The position numbers and the translations under genes were made by a program. Of a DNA stretch of 64,000 nucleotides, positions 39,519 to 52,739 are shown piece after piece (position 1 is the first letter of the stretch; each line of letters starts with the position of its first letter). The notes beneath the pieces were generated by a model. It made no database searches and had not been told where the DNA came from. It saw only the letters and a list, made by a program, of their open reading frames with translations. The DNA comes from Octopus bimaculoides (Eukaryota): NCBI RefSeq assembly GCF_001194135.2, contig NC_068988.1, forward strand, positions 60,209,420 through 60,273,419, read 5' to 3'.

Positions 39519-42500
39519 TATATCATGATCTTTATACAATCTATGTTTAAATGTTACCTACTGTGAAATATCCCGTGTGGGAAGCGAGTTAGATGTAAAG
39601 AAAGTAGCTTCGATGCTTACACTATACGGTCGGCGTTCGGCTCAATATTTAAACAAATGTAATTTGTACACTTTCAGTGCTGGACGTCGGAGAATCTTTA
39701 CACGATCTCACTAGTACCCACGTCTTTTAAAATGAAAATAGGTTATTAGCTTTTCGTTTAACCTTGTTTTTATATTTCTTAAGAAATATATTTTATATTG
39801 ATCTCGAGTTCCCCAACACAAGGCGCATCTAACCTATTCGAAGAGAGAAAGAGAAGGAGAAATTATTCCTATACTTCACTGGTACATTATTTATTAACCT
39901 TAGCCTCATAAAAGACAAAGTTGATTTAACAGGATTTAAACAAAGAGTGTCTTGACATCCATGGAATGATATGCTGTCTCTAATAACTCTTCCAACTCTT
40001 TCAACTCCAATCCCACAAATGATTACAATTGTCATCGAAAATTTGTATCATTTATTTACAGAAATGTATTAAAATATTTATATAATGCTTGCATTATACA
40101 AGATCGATAAAGGATTTCATCTGGCACTTCGTATTTTATATAAAGCAGTTGAAGTATTACACACTCAAACAATTTTATTCATTTAGTAGTTTTAATCTTC
40201 AGACTGCAACCATAACATGGCACCGTCTTCGTAAATGTGGACCATTTAAATTCATAATATCCATACCAGTACTTTCCTGGTACATATTTTATCGATCTTT
40301 ATTTATCAAATTGTTAAATTTCTGCAACCTTTAAAGATTCGAAGCTGAAACTTTGTTATATGATTTATTTCAGTATTGTATATTGTACATTATCGACCGA
40401 CCGTGTCTTCCATCAGGCGTTTATGATCTACACACAGATACGTTATTCCGTTGTATGAAATTTTATACTATGCATTGGAATGGATTACCAGTGACCTGAT
40501 CGTAAATACACCACGAACAATTCTAATACGTGATAATAAATAATATTGAAAAGACATAAAGCAAAATGTGAATATTATAGTTTGTGTATCTTCAATTGCC
40601 AATATAACTCTGTCGAGATTAAAATTATAATTCCTTTAAATTCAGCTTCTCGAAAAGGAGGAAACTTTTATTGCCATCTATGTCAACTTTAAAATATCAA
40701 AATATTTTACGATAATGTTTTATTAATTGTCTTATTTCTATTGCATACACTAGAAAATGCTAGTAAGAATTTTCAATAGATTTATGATAACATATAGAAA
40801 GAAGAAACACAAACAGTAAAGGTTAAAACATGCATTTCAAATTTCATTATGGATTTCTTGCACACTTTCAAATTTATATTCATAAGTAAGCTGAGCATTG
40901 TATGGGAAATGATAAATTTCCAGTGTTTCGAATCAACGAGCTTGTAACAACTTCCGTTGAAACAAAATGACTTCACTTAGGCTAGAAACGGTTTTATAAA
41001 GACCATGAACCATCGAAATCCACATAAACACTTTTAAGTGTAAAGTCTTGTTCCGAGGCAAATATAAATGGTGGTGACGACAAACAGAATAGAATAGCGG
41101 TAATAATCAGGCATGGCGTTTTAGCTAGTCGGTTTTGATACCAATTAGATAATTTAATTTCAATTTCGTTAGTAGTTAGCTTTAGAAACCTTATAAGTAA
41201 CATAAACTCTGTGAATATATAAATTTTTAAAAATAAAGAGTTAGTCTTTCTTTAGCATTTTAAAAAGCTTTTGATTTCGTATCTCCATTGGCAGATCCAT
41301 ATGTTGTAGTTAATGTTAGTTATCCCTGGGTCAGGTGACCCAGCTCTGACTATTCATTTGAGGAATGCTTTATCCCGTGACTATTTCCTTTACTAGAAAG
41401 AACTGTATTCGCTTACGTAGAGGCATACTTTTAACATAACTCAGTTTTCACACTTACCTGCCTTGCATTCGTGGGTACCATTCATCAGTGTTTGATCGAT
41501 AGGATTTTATTTACACCTCAGAGGAGAAAGATTAAACTCTACATCTGACTGGAAGCGCAGAAGTAAATGAAGTTAACACTCCTAACTAACGAAATATTCA
41601 TTGATTATGCATATCATATTATCCTTACAACAGAGGTTTCTTTTGAAATGATATTTTCTAACATATTATTCTTTTATAAAGCGTGATTTGTGGGGGATTT
41701 TACGCCTGTGTCTAGCAAATCAAGTGACGACGCAAATGTACATTTGTCGACTCGAATTTATTTCTGTAATATCTGCATATTTGATTTCTTATGTAAGTCA
41801 ATCACGTTGAGATTACTTGATAGAAAAAACATCCAGTTGCATATTGAAAGAAATATCTAGGAATCACTCCGTAATTCAATACACTGCTAAAGTCGATTTG
41901 TTATCATAATGAGAGTTAGAAAATTGTCACCCGTAATCCCTGGAACTCGCCTTGTTAAATCGCAAGTAATTGATTACAGAGGCACTTTTGTGATAATGCA
42001 TAAAAAACATGACGCTTGATTATGAATAGCTTCTTCCATAATTCATATCGTCCACATTTAATTTTTTTATCATCCGAGATAAATAAAGTAAGCAGCAGTA
42101 AAGCAATACTTGAAGTAAATCAATATGCTGAATCGGAATATATCTTTTTCTTAGAAAAATATATTAAGCTTTCTAATGCTTCTACAAAGACAAAGATATA
42201 CTACAGGAATGCTACAGCTAAATATATCGTTCCCCACATCAGTTCATCTTTGGTACGCTATGCCATAGACTACGACAGGATATAAGGAAAATGTGATCAT
42301 AGCGTAATCTGAAGTGAATACTTGGGTCGTATGTAGTTTCGTATAGCTGAGAAGTTCGATTTGCAAACATATATTCCTCATTGCAGCTCTCTCTCTTTCT
42401 TTCTCTCCGTATGTCTATTTCTCTCCCTCCCTTTCGCTCTGTATGTCTCTCTCCTCCCTCCCTCTCTCTCCCTCTCTCTCTCTATCTATCTCTCTCTCTC

Positions 42501-43970
42501 TCTCTATCTCTCCCCCTCTCTCTCTCTCTCTCCGACCTCATAGGTAGACATATGAGAGTAGTAGTCTAGTAACAAAAACAAGTATTAACTTCTTCAGGCT
42601 GAAGTAAAATGTTCATGTTCGTTGGAGAAATTTTCCATCTTAAACTAGCCAGTGATCAGAACACATAGAGTATGAAGATCTTGAGTGAAAACGGGAAAAA
42701 TTCGCTGAAATTATTTTAATTGCATTTCAAATTATATTAAAAACCTAACTTAAAATACGTATTCGTTGATGGGATATTGAAATAAAATATAAAATTGCAA
42801 TGTAGCAACAGTGTTGCTTACGAAATGAAATATAATGCTGATTGAAATTTGAAAGAAATGTTAGAAGAAATATTTGTCGACAAACTTTAATTAATATAAC
42901 TATGGCCGAATGTCATTCCAACATGGTTTAGAAGCTATCCAGTTAGTTGTATGGGTTGTGTATCATTATAAAACATTTATACGTATTACTAATCCAGCAT
43001 GATCGTAGTTGACAATGCGGTGCTATAATTGTTCCAGTACTTCCTGTTAAATGCAAGCCGGAGTCAACTCTGCTTTTTGTTTGTTCGGGTTCGATAAAAT
43101 AACCTACCAGTCAAATACTTTGGCGACGTAATCGACTAAGCCCATGTTCCTTAAAAATGTAGGGTTTCTACTTAAATGGAACATAATTGTCATTCAAAAT
43201 GATGGGTCAGAGTTTTGGCAGAATAGATTTGCATCTATTATTTTACAATTGTGAGATCGAATCTCACCAAGGTTAACGTTGACTCTACATTATCAACTTC
43301 GATAACATAAGAAAGCATTTTATGGATCGATAACATCAAGTATGCACCTTTTAAATATGTGTAATAATGCTAATGTTAGAAACCAATAATATCATCCATA
43401 AATATAGAGAATCGAAAAAGAAAATGCTAAAGACGAAGACGACTATGTAGTGTTTTGCTACGTTTGTTTAAATTCTGAGCACAAATACCGACACGACGGA
43501 TTTGCATTTATCATTCTGTGGCAGATAATATAAGTATCAATGAAATATTGGGCCTATTATATTAACAATACCGTGCGACATGGACTCGTAATCTTCAGCC
43601 ACTCGTAGAAACAATTATAAAATCAATCTATTGTGTTTTCAGGAAAATTCTTGTAATAAATCACCATCACAGAGCTCAAAGTTAGGATTCCTTATATTTG
43701 TAAGTAACCAGAAGCATATTTTGTTCAACTGCTGACGTATAGTCTGCCATTGTGACCAATTCATTATAAGCTTCTAGTAGATTTCAATTGCTTCAGAATA
43801 ATGAAATAAATATATTCAGCTCAAACGAATAGTACTTAGAGAGAACAATAAAGCAATAAGGAGGACACGATGGCTATGGTTATGTGTATGTATGTATATA
43901 TATATATATATATATATATNNNNNNNNNNNNNNNNNNNNNNNNNNNNNNNNNNNNNNNNNNNNNNNNNNN

Positions 43971-44020
<50 letters not shown>

Positions 44021-45245
44021 CACAGAGAGAGAGAGATATGCATTAATCAGAGTTGCTTTAGAATTTGCATACTAGTTATGCGTGTCTATAACGTCTGCTG
44101 TTCTAAATGCTTATGTGCGTTTCCCTTTTATGTATATTATATTAAATAAAATATTTTTGAGCAATACATGGTAATGTTTATTACTTAACACTAAATAAGT
44201 TATTCATTTTCCATTGAAAAACTAATCAATACATGCAAGCAGAAAGGAGATTTTAGCAATATGGAAATATGTAAAAGTTGATTTCATGAATATTACTTTC
44301 GTTCGAGTTTATCTTCAGACACTATGTGTGAAAAAAAAAAGGCCAAATTTATAACACATAAAACTTGAAATGTTCAATGTAAACTATGACGAACACTAGT
44401 GTTAATAAATATTTGAAGCGTAATGGCTTGATAGCAATTATTATATAAGTTTTAATGAATTTGTCAAGAAAATTATAGAATAAAATTTTCTGCACCTAAA
44501 GTTTAGTTTTCTGTAAATTTCTGACACACAATGAAACAATTTTACTGAGAAAATGTACTAATGAACGTGTATCGGTAAGCTGAATTCAACGTTTTGTGTC
44601 ACAGAAACGATCAAAGGTATTTCTAATGAATGAGATTTCGTTAACTCTGCCGCTATACGAGCAGTTCTAAGACATTCAACATTTTGTGGGAAAATGTCTA
44701 TTTTCCACGGAATCTTATACATACCATTGAAAACTACTTCAAGTCAGCCATTTGCACAATATGACTATTATGAGTTGTGAATAGGCTATGAATTCTCCCG
44801 ATTGGTAATTCCGTTTTCGCTTCTCTAGATGGTAGTATTATCTGAAGTGTATATTAGCAATAATTATAGTGATATATTTTATATCGCTATAATTGGAGAC
44901 TTGTTCAACCTCAAAACCTCAAAATGGATTCCCTTTTATTTTACAATTTCATACGAGATGTTTTTATGGTTATTACGACCTGCACGTGTTTCACCTGCAC
45001 AGCGTACGAGCAACCGGGCATAATTTTCAGCTTCGTTCAGCGTGTATCCATCGGCCAGACTCGAAGCAAACTGAATAAGGTTAGTTGCTTGTTTGTTAGG
45101 GCTCAGAGAGAGTAAAGGGTGTTGTTTTGAATCTGAAATCTGATCTGTTTGTAAGCTTGTGTGGTTGCCCTCGGGTTGACACGATTTACTGGACGAAGTC
45201 AGGATTCTATCAGGATTCTATCGAGATTAATGATACTGTTTTGGC

Positions 45246-46385
45246 AAGTTTTGTTGTCTTTTGTAGTTGTTGGGTACTTAATAGCCTTACTTTCAAGTGT
45301 AGTAGTGTAGTCCATGTAATGTAATGTTTTTAGTTCTTCATAAATTTTAGTGGCTGTGGTAATTATGGTGGGCAGTAAAAAGTACACAATATATAATAGG
45401 TTGATTACGAAATGGTCATGTATTTGTGAAGTTTGGGATAGGTGCTTCTATCCTTCTTTCCCACCCAGATGTGGGTGGGATATTGAGTTACCTAGAACGC
45501 TCAATATATTTCTTAAAAGTTTGGGTATGTTTATGCAAGCATCGTAAGGCCTTTTCAAGCCTGTTATTGAGTATTTTGTATCTCCATGTAAAGATTTCGT
45601 ACAATTCTTCTATACATACCTCACATCTATTTTTGTATCCTACTTCTGCTAATCCTGTGATATAGTAATTCTCGTTTAGATTAAATATCACATCGTTAGC
45701 CCACAGTCTAGATATGCGGTTGGAACCGTTACTGATTTTGAATTGGGTTATGCATTTGGAGTGATTTCTACTGTAGTTTATGTATTTATGATTGTCGTTA
45801 GGTTTATAGTAAGGTTTGAATAGGCTGATACTTAGATCTAGTTTAATATTTAAGACGTTGACTGTGGTGTGTTCCTCTTATATTGAGATTGATTGCACTA
45901 TAATTTTGAAGAACTTGAATAATTTGTTTCTTGTATCTTTCGATCTCAGCGTTGGAATGATTATGCAAGGTGAATAGGACGTCATGACTATTGAGTCCTA
46001 GATAACTCAATATTACACCCACAGATGGTTTGGAAAGGAAGGATAGTAGCACATTTAAAATCTACTAATACATGGCCTTTTCATAATGAACCTAGTACAT
46101 ATTGTCTGCCTTCTACTGTCCAGCATAAATAACACAGCCAGCCAACAAACTATATGAAGAACTGTAGACATTACATTACAATGACACACTTGAAAGTAAA
46201 GTTATTAAGTACGAACAACTACAAAAGACAACAAAGACTTCCAATATAATTATGCTCCATTGCATGTGCAACTGCCCATAATAAGCGCAAGATCACGGAT
46301 TCCAAATGCGTAGCAAAGACGGATATCGGAATGACGGGAAACTCGTTCAAGGAAAGGTAAACACAACGCCTGGCGTCATCCAGAG
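45246..46385. mobile_element. Decayed Penelope-like element: RT/thumb remnant on the minus strand flanked by ~255-bp inverted arms, with a GIY-YIG remnant on the plus strand
   Basis: Minus strand ~46000-45620 translates with frameshifts to GLNSHDVLFTLHNHSNAEIERYKKQII (cf. PLE GLYRDDGL...IERxKK), VNVLNIKLDL and LFKPYYKPNDNHKYINYSRNH. Plus strand 46325-46385 gives IGMTGNSFKER*TQRLASS (YIGxTxxxFKxR of GIY-YIG). Arms 45246-45506 and 45989-46240 align as reverse complements. Confidence 0.75.
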
Positions 46386-49300
46386 AATTTTTTTTTTTTT
46401 TTAAATACGCAACATNNNNNNNNNNTATATATATATATAGATAGATAGATACATACATACATACATACATACATACATACATACATACATACATACACAA
46501 GGAAAGTGATAGCTACATAATTATATATCTATGTGTATGTGTGTGTGTGCCTGTGTGTAATTGTGCGTGTGGTAGTGCCGATTCTTTTCATCATTTCAAA
46601 ATAGTAGTCTGTGATCGGTGAGAGATATAGCTCATATTTCCAGCATTTTGATTTGAACAAGTAAAGGAATAGAAGAATGCTTTTTAATCATCTTGAATAA
46701 GGCTCCAAATTAAGTTAGGATTTAATGATGTCAACTCAGAAATTGTAATATACAAAACAAAACTATATTTTTTCATGAAAAATAAAACTGGTAAATTCTT
46801 CTCTCCTATCGTACAATGTACCTAACTGTTCATAGCTAAATAAAACTATAAAAATTTATTTCATATTTAATACATTTACATCGTTAAGATGATTCTACGC
46901 CTGTTATTCTAAATGATATTATGGTTTTGAAAATACCCAGAGCATCACAATATTAGAAAAATCTACTAAAGATAAATTGTTCAGATATTTAATTATGAAC
47001 ATTAAATTAAATTAAACGAAGCCATTTATAAATTCAAATGCAATATAGAGAAATGTGAATAGTACTGACCCCGTTCTCTTCGTAATTTTTGCATCTTGTT
47101 AATGCGGTGTCTAATTCAATTTATAATAAAAAATCTGAAACAATTTTCTTTTTCATGTGAAACTAAAAGTTTTTATTTCTACTATTAAGTAAAGATGTCG
47201 TTTGTGAATATTCAATATCGAACTAGATATTGCAGGACTAATGTATGAAAATCGTTTTTAGTCAAGAGAAGAGCGAATGCCCAGGACCATTCGCAGGGAC
47301 TCCGTGACGGGTGAAGCAGGAGAGGTGGGGAATGTATAGCCAAACTGTAGAGCTAGTCGTCCTAAATCTTAGAGATGATCATTTAGAAACAAGAGAATTT
47401 GAACTCAGATTGCAAACACCGGAACAAATACTGCAACACATCCGGTCCTACGATCTTACACTTCTTGTTCTGGATTAGTATATGTTTTATTGATTCAGAA
47501 AGGAGTTTAGGCACAGGTGAATTCAGCAGGACCACGAGTCAGAAAATAGCGTGTGGCGTTCCATTTGACGTTTTATATAAATTATTTAGTTGACCTCAAA
47601 AAGCATATTTAGCACAGTAAAAAGGGTAAGTGGTGGATATTTTTGCGCCATTTTCTCTGGACTTCTACACATATTTTTCCCTAATTTTTACTACATGGCA
47701 AGTAATTTGAGGAAAGTGTGAATGTCGACCCAAATACTAGACCTCGTATTTCATTTAATCGACCGTGAAAGGATTAACAACCAAGTTGACATCGGCGGCG
47801 TTTGAACTGAAAATGTAAGGTATCAGAAGAAATGTTTTTGAACATTCTGCCCAACGTGCTAAAGCGTCTGCCAGCTCCACTTGATGTTTGAAATGAATTG
47901 TATTGCTTGAAAACTGAATCCGCATCTCAGAAAAGTCAATTAATTATACAATCAGGATGATTCAGTAAATTATGTCGCGTTCCACAGAAACTAAAAAAAA
48001 AAACAAACGATAAACAAGTTCGGTGCCCTAACATTAAATCGTACTCATCCTATTATAAGCAATGCATCTCCTTCGTCGGAGCTGGTGATGGATGAGGTAT
48101 GCCGTGATTTTAGTGAAGACAATGGTGGCTTTGGTATTGCTGCATGTTTGGCGGTTGTAATGAACGTGATATGAGCGTGTTGGCGGTAGTGATAATTATA
48201 TTATTATATAATGGTAGATGTGGGGGTACATGTGGAGTGCTGTTATTAATGGTTGGGTGATGCATGGTGATGATGGCTACTCGTACGTTGGGGAAGAGTG
48301 AAACGAATGGTATAGTGTGTACACTGATGATAAGAATGAATGCGTTATAGTATTGTTAGAAGTGTGGTGTGGATGGTGCTGTAGTAGACATAATGACTGT
48401 TGGTGGTAACAGGTGATGATCGTACTGATAAAAGGTTTGGCGGATTGTGATAATGATTAGTAGAGCTGCTGAGTCGTTGATGGCTGGCGACGATGCCTTT
48501 GGGGTTAATGTTGACTATTTTGATGATGATACTGTTGATACTCTTGCTAGTAATAACAATAGGTGGTTTTACTGGTGGNNNNNNNNNNNNNNNNNNNNNN
48601 NNNNNNNNNNNNNNNNNNNNNNNNNNNNNNNNNNNNNNNNNNNNNNNNNNNNNNNNNNNNNNNNNNNNNNNNNNNNNNNNNNNNNNNNNNNNNNNNNNNN
48701 NNNNNNNNNNNNNNNNNNNNNNNNNNNNNNNNNNNNNNNNNNNNNNNNNNNNNNNNNNNNNNNNNNNNGGCGGTGGTGGTGGTGGTGGTGGTAGTGGTGG
48801 TGGTGGTTGTGAGTTATATCTTGGTGATGAAATTAGTATGTGTATTGGTTGTAGTGTCCATAAAACTCATATGTTTTGCCGGTGGTGGTAGTAAAACTGG
48901 TATGTGCATTGGTGATAACAGTTTTTCCATTAGTGATTGCCTTTCTGGTAGCTTGGTGAAGTTGGGGACAATTTTATTGGGGAAAAATCGTTATGAAGGC
49001 GAAGAAAATTAATGTAATGGTTGTCAGCATCTTTGTTGTTTTAGACGTCGACAGTAATGATTCCTAGCCATCACTAAAGTATTAATTAATAGTGACTGGA
49101 ATGATGATATTTATTGAGGTTGCTAATGTAGTTCGGTTTAATGTTAGCCCTCCTCTGGGAAACATCTAATTAAATTGCTTCCACTATGAATGCCACGTGT
49201 GTTTTTCAAATAACGTCACAGGCAGAGCCATTGTGTCAACGGTTTCATTCAGAAATACGTGGTTCTAGGTTATATACGATTTCGCGATACTTGCAGTCGT

Positions 49301-49745
49301 TGATTTCTTTTATAGCCAAAAATCTGATGGATGCTGTTTTAATATACATCTTTCTTTGGATGGTGACAATTCTAGAAATATTAAGGTTTACAGTAAACAT
49401 GACAATGGCAGTCTCCCGCGTTGAAGAAAGACGGTTCTACAATTTCTTGAAGAACAACCTGCATAAGCGATTTGTTTACTGTAATCAAATGTTTTTCCTA
49501 CACATGCTGTATACTCACGCCATCTATCAAATAGCCGTTTCCTATGTAGGTAAATGTTGTATTACACGACGGATTCTGGCGCGATCAGGGGACCAGCATC
49601 AGAACACAACCCAGCATCCGGTCCGAGGGTCAAACTCACGAACCCGCGATCATGAGCGCAACATTTTAACTGTCACTATAATTGAAACAATGTAGAGCTA
49701 ATTGATGTTGATAATAATGAGACTAATGTTGACACTGATAGTCCT

Positions 49746-49870
49746 GGTACTTGCAATGTTTCTGTTTGACGGTACTTGTAATGTTTCTGTTTGACGGTAC
49801 TTGCAATGTTTCTGTTTGACGGTACTTGCAATGTTTCTGTTTGACGGTACTTGTAATGTTTCTGTTTGAC
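49746..49870 (+). repeat. 25-bp minisatellite, 5 copies (ggtacttg[c/t]aatgtttctgtttgac)
   Basis: Five head-to-tail copies differing only at unit position 9 (c,t,c,c,t). There are no spacers. Confidence 0.95.
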
Positions 49871-50306
49871 GTAAAGAGGGAAGACGAGGATAATGACGAC
49901 AGTTACAACGACAATATGATATAAAACAGATGGTGACTTCGTTAGCATATTTTGATAATGGTTGTTGTAAGAGATGGTGATGAGGAAGGGAAAATAAGTG
50001 TTCAACTAGAAGACAAGCACGTGAGTGTCTCGCTAATAAAAGATAATAGAAATTGTATTAAAAAAGAAAAGGAAAATAAAATAGAGATGCTTGAAGGAAA
50101 AGTCATAAAAGTAGAATTTTTGCGTTGGCGGATTGCAAATGTGGACATTTTAATATTAGTAAATATTCAGTGAATCATTGACACGAATTTTGCTATCCCA
50201 GACAAGAAGAAATATGAAAGAATAAACGATAATAAAATTTGTACATATTTGTGTGTATAAGTATATGCATGTGTATATATAGATATATGTAAGTATGCAT
50301 GTATAT

Positions 50307-50343
<37 letters not shown>

Positions 50344-50582
50344 TTTATTTATATAAATAAGGATAAGATCGGTACTTAAAATATTGATCTTATCAAGTGG
50401 TCAGCATGGGAATAAAAACCATCAAAGGTAATAATTATTTAAAATTATAATACAGGGTATCAAGAGATACCACCACGCTGAAAAAATAGCAGTCAAATCC
50501 TGACTCCAAAACCACAATAAATGTCCGCAAGGCACGATTAGCGAAGACGAAGACCAAATAAACCAGTAAAAATAATAAGATA

Positions 50583-50638
50583 ATTTCAAATCTTGGATTT
50601 CTGGCTTTGCATAAATGCTCTGCCTTCATCAGTGAAAT
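50583..50638 (-). ncRNA. Type I hammerhead ribozyme motif with intact core and perfect 6-bp stem I
   Basis: Minus strand reads atttca CTGATGA a-ggc-aga-gca-ttta-tgc-aaa-gcc-a GAAA tc-caa-ga T T tgaaat. Stem I atttca/tgaaat is perfect. Stem III is A-U, U-A, C-G with a caa loop. The triplet is AUU. The 10.1-11.1 position is A.A rather than a pair. Confidence 0.75.
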
Positions 50639-50797
50639 ATACTCAAGTACATAAATACAAATACATGTATATAAACAGTATACTTACATATACGGACGTA
50701 TACGTCCGTATATGCATACGTATATGTAGACGTCCGTATATGTAAGTATACTGTTTATATACATGTATTTGTATTTATGTACTTGAGTATATTCCAC
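50632..50797. repeat. Perfect 64-bp inverted repeat (50636-50699 / 50730-50793) abutting the hammerhead and running into an N gap
   Basis: aatatactcaagtacataaatacaaatacatgtatataaacagtatacttacatatacggacgt is followed 30 nt later by its exact reverse complement. It extends 4 nt further with 1 mismatch. The centre also holds a 28-bp perfect palindrome at 50687-50714. Confidence 0.9.
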
Positions 50798-51391
50798 NNN
50801 NNNNNNNNNNNNNNNNNNNNNNNNNNNNNNNNNNNNNNNNNNNNNNNNNNNNNNNNNNNNNNNNNNNNNNNNNNNNNNNNNNNNNNNNNNNNNNNNNNNN
50901 NNNNNNNNNNNNNNNNNNNNNNNNNNNNNNNNNNNNNNNNNNNNNNNNNNNNNNNNNNNNNNNNNNNNNNNNNNNNNNNNNNNNNNNNNNNNNNNNNNNN
51001 NNNNNNNNNTATATATATATATATATATATATATATGCATATCCATACAAATCGAATCTACACGAATTTTCCTATATTCACCGCCCGCAAACATCTCTGC
51101 CTGTGAACATTCGGTGAAGCTCTACATAGCGCCGATAACTTACCGGCCGCTATTTCGAACAATCATCGTATATACTGTACATTCGCTTTCTATTTATAAT
51201 TCTCCCTTTTATGATACTTTGTTCTTGCTGGATGATAATATTGCTATTTTGAAAAGAACGTACAAATGGAATATGTTGCTCAGTAAATGTTGCAAAAAAA
51301 TTGAGTTAGGGAATAGGTCTTCGTCAGAAAGAGCTATGCTGGGAGACGTTGGGGGAAAGAGAAAAAAATCCAGTAAAAGCACGTATGTGCT

Positions 51392-51439
<48 letters not shown>

Positions 51440-52116
51440 TACATATGTTTGTGTGTGTGTGCGTAAGTAAGTAAATATGTATGTATGTGTTTGACCCAGG
51501 ATCATACGGGTGTTCATTCGATTTTGCAGTGGGGCAGTGTATTTCTCTTTTGAGTTAGGTACCTCATTTCAAGAGAAATTGGTTACCGGTTGTTGCATGC
51601 GTAGCCTTCAATCAACACGCTTGACTTTCATATCCTGAATATTAAGAAGCCTCAAATGAACAGGAGTTGCGTTACGGCATATAATATTAGCCTACAGCCG
51701 ATTCCGCTCTAAGAAACACTACTCACAGTAGAAAGTGTCAGTCTGACTTCTCACAAACTTCAGCAAAGCGAATAATGATTTAGCTTTATTAAGGAAACTG
51801 TACGAATATATATATATATATACACAGTTCTGTGTACATAATTATGTAACTGATATATGTAACTACGCAGCTGATGTTCTTTTGTGGTTTATTAATTTAT
51901 ATTAAGCTATTCATCTATAATTGTGTTGTGGTTTATATGAGATAGCAAATGAGATGATACATGTGAATTAATACTACTGCGCATCTGGAGCTTGCTAATA
52001 CCATAAAGTATAAATATATTAAGTTCGAACAACCGGCCATTAGTCCTGTTATGGCTAACCAATAAAAAAACAAACAAAAACAAATATATATATACATACA
52101 TACACACACACTCATA

Positions 52117-52165
<49 letters not shown>

Positions 52166-52680
52166 NNNNNNNNNNNNNNNNNNNNNNNNNNNNNNNNNNN
52201 NNNNNNNNNNNNNNNNNNNNNNNNNNNNNNNNNNNNNNNNNNNNNNNNNNNNNNNNNNNNNNNNNNNNNNNNNNNNNNNNNNNNNNNNNNNNNNNNNNNN
52301 NNNNNNNNNNNNNNNNNNNNNNNNNNNNNNNNNNNNNNNNNNNNNNNNNNNNNNNNNNNNNNNNNNNNNNNNNNNNNNNNNNNNNNNNNNNNNNNNNNNN
52401 NNNNNNNNNNNNNNNNNNNNNNNNNNNNNNNNNNNNNNNNNNNNNNNNNNNNNNNNNNNNNNNNNNNNNNNNNNNNNNNNNNNNNNNNNNNNNNNNNNNN
52501 NNNNNNNNNNNNNNNNNNNNNNNNNNNNNNNNNNNNNNNNNNNNNNNNNNNNNNNNNNNNNNNNNNNNNNNNNNNNNNNNNNNNNNNNNNNNNNNNNNNN
52601 NNNNNNNNNNNNNNNNNNNNNNNNNNNNNNNNNNNNNNNNNNNNNNNNNNNNNNNNNNNNNNNNNNNNNNNNNNNNNNNN

Positions 52681-52739
<59 letters not shown>

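Noticed and set aside
44960-45070. Minus-strand ctgaacga...gtgaaacacgtg near the PLE remnant, a possible pLTR hammerhead
   Set aside because: The core has an extra base, no clear stem II can be drawn and position 17 would be G.
49186-49695. 169-aa plus-strand ORF
   Set aside because: It starts at an ATG but has no recognisable domain, is antisense to the host gene, and its end runs through a tRNA-like SINE head (~49620-49670).
49746-49870. CRISPR-like appearance of the 25-bp repeats
   Set aside because: The units are contiguous with no spacers, there are no cas genes and the context is eukaryotic.
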